A stretch of 64,000 bases of DNA from Chloroflexota bacterium (GTDB taxonomy: Bacteria; Chloroflexota; UBA11872; VXNJ01). A program made the translations under genes and the position numbers. The notes below the pieces were generated by a model. The model worked only from the letters and a program-made list of their open reading frames with translations. It was not told where the DNA came from and made no database searches. Below, piece by piece: positions 55,991 to 64,000 of the stretch. Where the stretch lies: NCBI GenBank assembly GCA_965261345.1, contig OZ253449.1:448001-512000 (forward strand). The letters are read 5' to 3'. The first letter of the stretch is position 1; every line of letters begins with the position of its first letter.

Positions 55991-57321
55991 CAGGCGGGTC
56001 CGATCCAATCGCGCCGCAGGGCGATTCCTAGGGCGATTCCCAGGACGATTCCCAGCCCACCCACCAGCATGTAATCGACCAATCCGTGGATTAAAAAAGC
56101 AGCGAGCGCGGCCGCCACCCCGATATCGATCCAGTCCGGGTTCTTTTCCCTAATTCGATTCCAGACCGGGCGGGCGCTGGCCCAGGCCGCAGCGACGAAC
56201 AAGGCCAGACCGATCAGGCCGCTTTCGGCGGCGATATTTAGCGCCAGATTGTGGGCATGACCAAGCGATTCCCCCCAGGGCGATACGAAGTAGGCGGGGT
56301 AGGCCTCATCGAAATTTCCAAGCCCGACCCCACCCAGCGGGTTGGCCGAAGCCATGCGCGCGGCCGCCAGCCAGAAACCGATCCGCTGGTCGACCGAATA
56401 ACTGTTGGCCGTTGGTTCGGCCACCACATCGCGTGGACGCGCCCCTCCCGCCACCACCGCTCCGGGTTCGGGCGGCAACTGGAGCGTTAGCACTCCGACC
56501 AGCGCCAGACCGGCTAACGCCAAAAGTCCGCCGGTGACGAGCGATGGCTTAAACCAACCAGCCACCTGGTGCCGGCAGCCAGTTCCCAGCAAGACGATCG
56601 TGGTCACCGCCGCCGCCGAAATCCAAGCACCACGAGAGAAGGAGAGCAGGATCGCGAGCAGCGCGGCCAGGGCCAAGGCGGCGCCGATCAGGCGGGACCG
56701 TCCGGTACTTCCGGCTGCGGCGGCGAGGGCGAGCGCCAACCCCATAACCATGAACGATCCGAACGGGTTGGGTTGGCCAAAGGTCCCCAACAGGCGTGGG
56801 ATCGCACCCGGGCTGATCCCGCGCCCGATCGCACCCAATCCGGCCGCCAGAACGAGCTCCGCCGCCAGAACCACGGCTGCGCCGGCCAGAAGGACCCTCA
56901 AATCTCTCCGGTTGCGGGCCAGGTCGCAAGCTAACACCAGCGCCACCAGCACTTCCGCCCATTTGGCCATTTCCTTTAGATACGGGCCCAGCGCCCCGGC
57001 CCAGAAAAGCGACAGGCCGCAGAACAGGATGAAGGCCATCCAAAGGACCAGCTGCCGGGGAAGGAAAAACCGCCCGGGGCGACGGAAAAAGAAGGTCCAG
57101 GCTATGGCCACCAGCACCGCAATTTCGGTGATCGTTACGTCGGCAAATCCGGTTCGCACTCCCAACCAGGTCCGCAGCGGGACCGCCGCCAAAAGCAGGA
57201 TCAGTCCCAGCGCCGGCGATGTCGGAAGTTTGAAGACGGCGCGGAAGCGCGGCCGCGAAAGGCCGCAGGCAAGCGCCAGCGCCGAAACGGCTAGTGCGAG
57301 CGGGGCCAGCGGCAGGATCAT
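55990..57321 (-). CDS. O-antigen ligase/Wzy-like membrane protein
   Basis: Many TM helices; GTFGQPNPFG, SFSRGAW, GVGLGNF, HAHN...AESGLIG, HGLVD. Confidence 0.88.
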   Translation of the reverse strand: MILPLAPLALAVSALALACGLSRPRFRAVFKLPTSPALGLILLLAAVPLRTWLGVRTGFADVTITEIAVLVAIAWTFFFRRPGRFFLPRQLVLWMAFILFCGLSLFWAGALGPYLKEMAKWAEVLVALVLACDLARNRRDLRVLLAGAAVVLAAELVLAAGLGAIGRGISPGAIPRLLGTFGQPNPFGSFMVMGLALALAAAAGSTGRSRLIGAALALAALLAILLSFSRGAWISAAAVTTIVLLGTGCRHQVAGWFKPSLVTGGLLALAGLALVGVLTLQLPPEPGAVVAGGARPRDVVAEPTANSYSVDQRIGFWLAAARMASANPLGGVGLGNFDEAYPAYFVSPWGESLGHAHNLALNIAAESGLIGLALFVAAAWASARPVWNRIREKNPDWIDIGVAAALAAFLIHGLVDYMLVGGLGIVLGIALGIALRRDWIGPA

Positions 57322-57407
57322 TTAGAGAGAACCGGAATCGCCCGATTGGGTTGAAAATTACCTCTTGGACAAGGCGCGGAAGCCGGCCCGGACTGGCAGA
57401 TCAAATC

Positions 57408-57938
57408 TTGCTGGAATCGCAACCTGTTTTGCTTGGCCTCGGCGGCAACATCGGCGATCGCTATAGCAATCTGCTCGCCGCCCTGGTCCGGCTGGCCCCG
57501 CTGATCGGAACGCCGGTGATCTCGCCGGTTTACGAATCTGCCGCCTGGGGCGTAACCGACCAACCCAGCTTCCTCAATTGCGCCTGCCAGGGTAATTGTC
57601 AGCTCCCGCCGGAATCGCTGTTGCGGGCGACAAAGGAAATCGAGCATGCAGTTGGGCGCCGTCCGACCCGGCGCTGGGGCGAGCGGGTCATAGATATTGA
57701 CATCCTCATTTTTGGCGATCGACGCATTGATACACCGGAGCTTCAGATTCCTCATCCGCAGATCGCCCGGCGATTGTTCGTCTGTCGCCCGCTCGCCAAC
57801 CTGCAACCGGACCTACGCCTTACCCGGGACGGACCTTCCGTCGCCGACCTGGCCCGGGACCTGGAAGGACCCCAATCGCTCACGCTTTATCGCTCGCCGG
57901 AATTGGTCGCGTCGGATTTGAGCATTGAACTACGCTGA
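57408..57938 (+). CDS. folK: 2-amino-4-hydroxy-6-hydroxymethyldihydropteridine pyrophosphokinase
   Basis: LGLGGNIGDR, SPVYES, FLNC, RWGERVIDIDIL, IPHP; start uncertain. Confidence 0.9.
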   Translation: MLESQPVLLGLGGNIGDRYSNLLAALVRLAPLIGTPVISPVYESAAWGVTDQPSFLNCACQGNCQLPPESLLRATKEIEHAVGRRPTRRWGERVIDIDILIFGDRRIDTPELQIPHPQIARRLFVCRPLANLQPDLRLTRDGPSVADLARDLEGPQSLTLYRSPELVASDLSIELR

Positions 57939-59202
57939 TTCGCTGGCCAGTCTCTATCGCCGCTCTGATCCCGAGCGCGGCCCCGGATTTTGGAGCGGCG
58001 CCGACAAGGTCGAACTGGGGGTTGAGCGAACCCGGGCCCTGCTGGCGGCGGCCGGCAACCCACAGGACAATTATTCCTGCCTGCACGTGGCCGGCAGCAC
58101 GGGCAAAGGAACGACCTGCTTTTACCTTGCGGCTGCCCTAAAAGACGCCGGCGTACGGGTGGGGCTATACACGCAACCACATCTGCACTCCTTTCGCGAA
58201 CGGTTACAAATCGGGTTCGGGCCGATTGCCGAATCCGAATTTGCAACCCAGTTCGCGCGGGCGATCAGATTTGAGGATCGTGCTCGCGCACGCTGCCCGG
58301 AAGTTGGACCGGCAACCACTTTCGAACTGGCCACGGTGATGGCGCTTGACTGGTTTGCCCGGCGACGGGTCGATGTCGCGGTGATAGAAACCGGACTCGG
58401 CGGACGGCTCGATGCCACCAATGCGCTAACTAACAAAAGGGCGGTGGCAATCACGCCAATTGGACTTGAGCACACCCAGATCCTCGGTACCGATCTGGCG
58501 GCCATCGCCGGCGAAAAAGCTGCCATCATCGGTCCCGGGGTGGGCGTCGCCAGCGCCGCGGCGGAACCGGCGGCGGCAACCGTTATTGCAACGCATTGCA
58601 AGCGAGAAGGCGCACGCCTGCTTACCGTATCCGCGGAAATGGTCGCTCGAATCAGCCAACATTTTCGCGCCCGGCATCTGGCCCAGGACGCCGCCTTGGC
58701 CCTGCTGACCCTAAAAGCCGGGGGGTTTGACATACCCCCCGAAAGGGCTGTATCGGCGATGGCCAATACCGAGCTGCCGGCGCGCTGCGAGGTGTTTGAC
58801 GGCAGCCCGCCGGTGGTGGTTGATGGAGCCCACACCGGGGCGGCGATGGCGGCCCTGGCCGGAATGCTGCGGGAACAGTTCGCCGGGCGTCGGATCAACC
58901 TGGTATTCGGCCAGTCCCGCGACAAGGACCCCAAAACCCTCCTGGAGGCCTTCCGCTCGCCCTCCTGCCGACTACATCTCTGCCGGGCCCGCCACCCGCG
59001 TGCGGCCGATCCGCCGGCCCTGGCCGCACAACTTGCCGATTTTGCTACCGAGTGTCACGACAGCGTTGAGGCGGCCCTGGCGGCCGCCCGGGCCGACCGC
59101 GAAGGCGTCGTGGTAGTTGCCGGGAGCATGTTCGTGGCCGCCGCGGCCCGGGCGCAGATTGCGGGCGTTGCGGGCCCGCCCGAAACCATACCGGTTACCT
59201 GA
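57925..59202 (+). CDS. folC: Folylpolyglutamate/dihydrofolate synthase
   Basis: HVAGSTGKGT, GLYTQPHL..FRER, ETGLGGRLDATN, IAGEKA, DGAH. Confidence 0.92.
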   Translation: MNYADSLASLYRRSDPERGPGFWSGADKVELGVERTRALLAAAGNPQDNYSCLHVAGSTGKGTTCFYLAAALKDAGVRVGLYTQPHLHSFRERLQIGFGPIAESEFATQFARAIRFEDRARARCPEVGPATTFELATVMALDWFARRRVDVAVIETGLGGRLDATNALTNKRAVAITPIGLEHTQILGTDLAAIAGEKAAIIGPGVGVASAAAEPAAATVIATHCKREGARLLTVSAEMVARISQHFRARHLAQDAALALLTLKAGGFDIPPERAVSAMANTELPARCEVFDGSPPVVVDGAHTGAAMAALAGMLREQFAGRRINLVFGQSRDKDPKTLLEAFRSPSCRLHLCRARHPRAADPPALAAQLADFATECHDSVEAALAAARADREGVVVVAGSMFVAAAARAQIAGVAGPPETIPVT

Positions 59203-59242
59203 TGCACAATCTGGCCGACAACGTTGGATTTAAAGGCGCAAT

Positions 59243-60442
59243 TTGTCGGAACTAGAAGTCGATTTCGGACCGGCCGCGACCCGGCCGGTGACACCGCTAC
59301 CGCGAGAGGGCCGCTGGGTGCGCGCCATCAAACGCGGGTTGACGTGGTTGCTGCTTCCGCCGCTTGGCGCCTTGGCCGATCTTGAACGCTCCCTGCGCGG
59401 ATTTTCTGGCCGTAGCCGCGACCGTCTCTGGCCGTTTCGGCAGGTTCCCCGGCGGATCCTGGTGGTTCGCCTAGATTTGCTTGGCGACCTGATATTGACC
59501 CTGCATCTGGTGGACGCCTTAAAGCGGCGCTTCCCCGGCGCTGCGATCACCTTTCTGGCGCGCCGCGGATCGGGCGAGCTGCTTGGTTTGTCCCCACAAA
59601 TCGACCACGTCATCGAATGTGATGCGGCGGGCCTCTTTCACCGGGATGGAATCCTTCGGCCGGACCGCTGGCGTTCGGTCTGGGGGTTGCTTGGGCAAAT
59701 TCGCAGCGCGCGCTTCGACCTGGCGATTTCGGCCTACGGACCGCTTGCTCGCTCGCTGGTGGCGCTCTCGCTGGCTCGCCACCGGGTAGGCGACGGGAAC
59801 GGCCATCCGGCCCTGGAACGAAGCCGGGCGATTGCTCCCGGCGAACACGAGGTCAACCATCTGGCGGCCCTGGTGGAAGCGGGCCCGGCCGACAACCCGG
59901 CTGGCCTGATCGCTCCTGGCCAAACGGACGGCGCGTTTGCGGAGGTCCGGCCGGTGGTGCTCTCGCCCGGCGCGCGGTCGGGATCGGCCAAGTCCTGGCC
60001 GGCCGAATATTGGCGCACGCTGGCCGTCGCCCTGGCCTGCCGGCAGATCCCGGTAGTGGTCATCGGCACGGCCGATCAGAGCCGATTGACCGAGGCCATC
60101 GCGGGCGGAGTTGGAGGGATCACCGATTTGGGCGGTCGGCTGAGAATCGGCGAACTGGCGGGGCTGCTTGAAAGCGCCCGGCTGGTCATCAGCGTAGACA
60201 GCATGCCGCTACATTTGGCTGATCTCTGCGGGACCAGGACGATCGGGCTATTCGGCCCGACCGATGTTGCGCGCTACCGGCCGCGCGGCGTCGAATCCAT
60301 GGTGCTAGCCAGCGGGATCGCTTGCGCGCCCTGTTACGACCAAAGGGCATTGCCCATCTGCCCTTTCGGTGATCGGCTATGCATGCGCTGGCTGGAGCCG
60401 CAGGCGGTCTTGGAAGCCGCCACCAGGGCACTGGATGACTGA
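59243..60442 (+). CDS. Glycosyltransferase family 9 (heptosyltransferase-like)
   Basis: ILVVRLDLLGD, PGA...KSWP, SVDSMPLHLA, GLFGPT, C-terminal CAPC...C...CM. Confidence 0.88.
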   Translation: MSELEVDFGPAATRPVTPLPREGRWVRAIKRGLTWLLLPPLGALADLERSLRGFSGRSRDRLWPFRQVPRRILVVRLDLLGDLILTLHLVDALKRRFPGAAITFLARRGSGELLGLSPQIDHVIECDAAGLFHRDGILRPDRWRSVWGLLGQIRSARFDLAISAYGPLARSLVALSLARHRVGDGNGHPALERSRAIAPGEHEVNHLAALVEAGPADNPAGLIAPGQTDGAFAEVRPVVLSPGARSGSAKSWPAEYWRTLAVALACRQIPVVVIGTADQSRLTEAIAGGVGGITDLGGRLRIGELAGLLESARLVISVDSMPLHLADLCGTRTIGLFGPTDVARYRPRGVESMVLASGIACAPCYDQRALPICPFGDRLCMRWLEPQAVLEAATRALDD

Positions 60443-61211
60443 TTCGCGCGCCAAACCGGCGGCAATTGAACTCTTCTCGATTCCGCTCTTTGGCCTCCGT
60501 CAAGGGTTCGCCCTGGCCTGGCTGCGCGCCTGGTTATCAGGCGGCCAGGGGCGGGCGATTTTTACGGTCAACCCGGAATTCATAGTCGCCGCGCGCAGCG
60601 ACCGGGAATTTCTCAAGGTCCTCCAGCACAACGACCTAAATCTGATCGATGGAGCCGGCCTCCTGATCGCGGCGCGCTGGCACGGCCACCGGCACTGCGA
60701 GCGGCTGCCCGGGATCGAGTTGGTATCGCATATCTGCCAACTCTGCATCGCCGGCAATTACCCGCTGTTTCTGCTCGGTGGGCGAGACGGCACGGCGGCG
60801 GCGGCGGCGGCGGCCCTAGTTTCCCGGCACCCAGGCCTCAGGGTGGCCGGTGCTGCCGAACCCGCTGACCCATTCGGCCAGGCCGAGTCGATCTGCCGGA
60901 TGATTGCTGATTCCGGAGCGCGGGTTCTGCTGGTGGCCTTCGGCACGCCGCGCCAAGAATATTGGATTGCCCGGAATCTGCCGCACTGCCGCGTGCGCCT
61001 GGCGGTGGGGGTCGGTGGGGCATTCGACATGATCTCCGGGCGGGTTCGCCGGGCTCCTCGATGGGTGAGGCGAATTGGACTGGAATGGTTGTTCCGGCTA
61101 GTAATCCAACCCTGGCGCTGGCGCCGCCAGCGCGTCCTGCCGATATTCCTCGGCCTGGCCGCACGAAGCGCGCTGCAGGCCCGATTTGGGCGCAGCCGAT
61201 TGGTCAAATAG
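60435..61211 (+). CDS. tagA: WecB/TagA/CpsF family glycosyltransferase (GT26)
   Basis: TVNPE, DGAG, FGTPRQE, GVGGAFD, GLEWLFRL. Confidence 0.88.
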   Translation: MTDSRAKPAAIELFSIPLFGLRQGFALAWLRAWLSGGQGRAIFTVNPEFIVAARSDREFLKVLQHNDLNLIDGAGLLIAARWHGHRHCERLPGIELVSHICQLCIAGNYPLFLLGGRDGTAAAAAAALVSRHPGLRVAGAAEPADPFGQAESICRMIADSGARVLLVAFGTPRQEYWIARNLPHCRVRLAVGVGGAFDMISGRVRRAPRWVRRIGLEWLFRLVIQPWRWRRQRVLPIFLGLAARSALQARFGRSRLVK

Positions 61212-61255
61212 GCATTGCGGGCCCAGCCCGAACCTCCAGGCAGGAGTCGATCGCC

Positions 61256-62398
61256 GTGAAGATTACCGATATATCCACCATCGCCACCGCCGGCGGGCAC
61301 GCCAATTGGCTATTCGTGAAAGTCTCCACTGACGCGGGGATAACCGGCTGGGGCGAGGCGAGCCTGGAGAACCGGGAGATTTCGGTGCAGGCCGAAATCG
61401 CCGAGCTTGCCAAGGGTCTAATCGGCCGCGATCCGCGTCAGATCGAAAAGATCTGGGTCGACGCCCACCGTGGCACCTACTGGAGCGGCGGAGCGGTTTC
61501 GATGTCGGCAATCTCGGGTATCGACCTGGCCCTCTGGGACATATTGGGCAAGGCGCTGGCGGTCCCGGTACACCAGCTATTGGGCGGGAAGGTGCGCGAC
61601 CGCCTGCGCGCCTACGCAAATTCCTGGTTTGAAATCGGATCCGGACCCGGCAAATACGCCGACGACGCGCTCGCCATGGTGGAGGCCGGATTTGACGCGA
61701 TCAAATGGGACCCGTTCACCGGGGCCAACCAGATGCTCTCGCGCCAAATCGAGGACGAGGCCTTCGCCAACATCGACGCGGTTCGGATGGCGGTTGGCCC
61801 GACGGTGGACCTGTGCATCGAGGCGCACGGCCGGTTCAACATGATTTCGGCCATCAGGGTTGGCCAGCGGCTCGAACCCTACCGTCCATTCTTTTACGAG
61901 GAACCGATCCTGCACGACAACCCCGATGCCCTGGCCGAGGTGGCGCGGGCGGTGCGGGTTCCGATCGCCACCGGCGAGCGGTTGCTTTCGCGCTGGGATT
62001 TCCGCCCGCTGCTGGAACGCAATTGCGTGCGCATCATCCAACCGGACATCTGTCACGCCGGGGGCATTAGCGAGCTTAAAAAAATAGCCACAATGGCCGA
62101 AACCCATTACGTTGCAATCCAGCCGCACAACGCCGGTGGACCACTTTCCACACTCGCTGCGATCCACCTGGACGCCAGCACTCCGAACTTTGCAATCCAA
62201 GAGTTTTTCGAACCCTATCGGGCCCGCTACAACCAGTTGCTGACCCATCCGATCGAGGTTGAAAACGGGCACCTGCTAGTGCCCGACCGACCCGGTCTTG
62301 GAGGTGACATCGACGAGGCGGCGGCGGCGCAATTGCCACCGGACCCGGCCCTGGCCACCGGCCGGACCCTCAATCGACCCAATTTCCCCTACCTCTAG
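61256..62398 (+). CDS. dgoD: Galactonate dehydratase-like enolase-superfamily enzyme
   Basis: WLFVKVSTDAGITGWGE, KWDPF, EAHGR, YEEP, ATGER, QPDICHAGG; GTG start with AGGAG. Confidence 0.75.
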   Translation: MKITDISTIATAGGHANWLFVKVSTDAGITGWGEASLENREISVQAEIAELAKGLIGRDPRQIEKIWVDAHRGTYWSGGAVSMSAISGIDLALWDILGKALAVPVHQLLGGKVRDRLRAYANSWFEIGSGPGKYADDALAMVEAGFDAIKWDPFTGANQMLSRQIEDEAFANIDAVRMAVGPTVDLCIEAHGRFNMISAIRVGQRLEPYRPFFYEEPILHDNPDALAEVARAVRVPIATGERLLSRWDFRPLLERNCVRIIQPDICHAGGISELKKIATMAETHYVAIQPHNAGGPLSTLAAIHLDASTPNFAIQEFFEPYRARYNQLLTHPIEVENGHLLVPDRPGLGGDIDEAAAAQLPPDPALATGRTLNRPNFPYL

Positions 62399-62571
62399 GT
62401 CGGGTTTCTCCGGCGTCTCTGGTCCGAATCCAACTAGCTGATTCGGCTAGAAGCCCGGCCGAAAAGCCCCTGTACAAAGGGCTAATCCGTCATCAAACAT
62501 ATAAAATATCAACAGGCATCTTGCGGAGCCTTTCCATTGATAAAAACATAGCATTGCCGGGTGGTGGAGAC

Positions 62572-64000
62572 ATGCTGGGGACCCATGCCCAAAAGGGCTT
62601 CTTCCAGACCGACGGCCTGCACCTTGACTACGTAGGACGCGATACCTTCTACGGCCGCCTGGCGGGCATGCGGGGAGAGCTGTTCAAAGACGAAGATTTC
62701 GCCGATCTCTACTGCGCCGACAACGGCCGCCCCAGCGTGGCGCCCTCGCTGCTGGCCACCGTTCTCCTGCTGCAGGCCCACGATAAGGTCTCTGACAACG
62801 AGGCCAAGCAGCGGGCCGACTACGACCTGCGCTGGAAGGTGGCGCTGGGGACCGAGCTGGAAGAACGCGCGTTCGCCAAGTCCACATTGCAGCTGTTTCG
62901 CTCGCAGCTGATCGTTCACGGCAGGGCGCGGGGGATATTTCGCCGCTCCCTGCAGCACGCCCGCAAAAAGGGCTTCTTCAAGGGCCAGAGCATGAAGCTG
63001 GCGATCGATACCACCGCCATCCTGGGCAGGGGCGCGGTGCGGGACGCCTACAACCTGATCGGGGACGGCTGCCGCCTGCTGGTCGGCGCCCTGGCCGAAC
63101 AGGATGGCCAAGACCCCAAAGAGTGGGCCCGCCAACACGGCTACAACCTGCATGCCGGCAAGAGCCTGAAGGGCGCTGTCGCCATCGACTGGTCGGACCG
63201 TAAACAGCGCCGCCGGTTCCTGGGGCGGATCGTCAGAGACGCCGACTCGCTGCTGGCAAGGGCCCGCAGCGCGCTTGAATCCCCTGCTCCCGACAATAAG
63301 CGCGCCGATAAGATCCTGGCCTGCTCGCAGCTGCTGTCGCAGATCCTGCTCCAGGACGTAAAACGCGTCCCCGCGGAACCGGCAAAACCGGTTCCCGACG
63401 ACCGCGATCGGCTGCTGCTGCCGGCGAGAACCGACGCCGGCGAGGTCGATCCCGCCCCGGTGGCGGTCAGAGACAGGGGTGTCGCGGCCAGGGATTCGGC
63501 CGACGGCGCAGATGGCGAGGAAGTGGAGATCGTTCGGGGCGGACGCGACCGGATCATATCGGCGCACGATCCGCAGATGCGCCATGGACGCAAGAGCTCG
63601 ACCAACCGCTTTGCCGGCCACAAGGCCGCCATCGCCGTAGATTTGTCAACCGGCCTGGTAACCGCGGTAGACGTGATCCCGGGCAACGCCCCCGACAACT
63701 GCGGCGCCCTGGCGCTGGTGCGGGAGGCCGAAGAGAACGCCGCCGCCAAAGTCGAGATCGTCATCGGCGACTGCGCCTACGGGGCTGGCGACACCCGCAA
63801 GGACTTCGCCGACGCCGGGTACGACCTCTTCGCCAGGGCGCCGGGTAAACCAGCCAGCCGCTACTTTAGTAAAGCAGGACTTTGCCATCGATCTGGAAAA
63901 GGGAACCTGCGCACTGCCCGGCCGGGCAGATAACTTCCGATTACCGCCGCTCGCGCTCCCGGCGCAGCGCCAAGACACGCGCCGGCCTCTTCCACTTCGC
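62572..64000 (+). mobile_element. IS1182-like transposase (partial; frameshifted near 63870 and 63910; runs off right edge)
   Basis: FADLY...GRPSV.P, DLRWKVALG, IDTT, IISAHDPQMRHGRKS, GHK, GDCAYG; shifted frames give DFAIDLEKG and CPAGQ; AT-rich left flank about 62480-62550. Confidence 0.85.

Noticed and set aside
56018-56055. Three-fold GGCGATTCC-like 12-bp repeat
   Set aside because: Codon repetition of GIVL-GIAL-GIAL in the last TM helix of the ligase-like protein

Overview
GC-rich bacterial chromosomal segment, most likely from a Chloroflexota organism. This is an inference from the DnaK N-terminal insert, the long coiled-coil beta' insertion, RNase Y and gene order. From left to right it holds: (1) a minus-strand rpoB-rpoC-rpsL-rpsG-fusA-tuf-rpsJ-rplC-rplD-rplW-rplB' cluster; (2) grpE-dnaJ-prmA-mtaB-hinT preceded by an NHL-repeat lipoprotein; (3) miaB, a propeller lipoprotein, an Eis-like GNAT and an AhpE-type peroxiredoxin; (4) a single heat-shock operon lon-dnaK-grpE-dnaJ-hspR-clpC with a HAIR-like operator over a consensus promoter; (5) a shikimate operon (aroF, aroA, aroE-aroK fusion, aroB) preceded by a Tyr/Phe-rich leader peptide and terminator (attenuator) that is absent from the ORF track, followed by a membrane-anchored gamma-carbonic-anhydrase fusion, a MoaD-like protein and a frameshifted PHP gene; (6) a degraded or noisy stretch at about 42.7-44.8 kb; (7) rny-patA-pimA-pgsA (PIM-type lipid genes), glycosyltransferases, a divergent PlsY, an O-antigen-ligase-like protein, folK/folC, GT9, TagA and two mandelate-racemase-subgroup enzymes; (8) an IS1182-like transposase running off the right edge. 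I saw no rRNA, tRNA or CRISPR array. Several single-base frameshifts cluster at 42-45 kb and at the right end and may be sequencing errors. All calls come from reading motifs by eye; no database searches were run.
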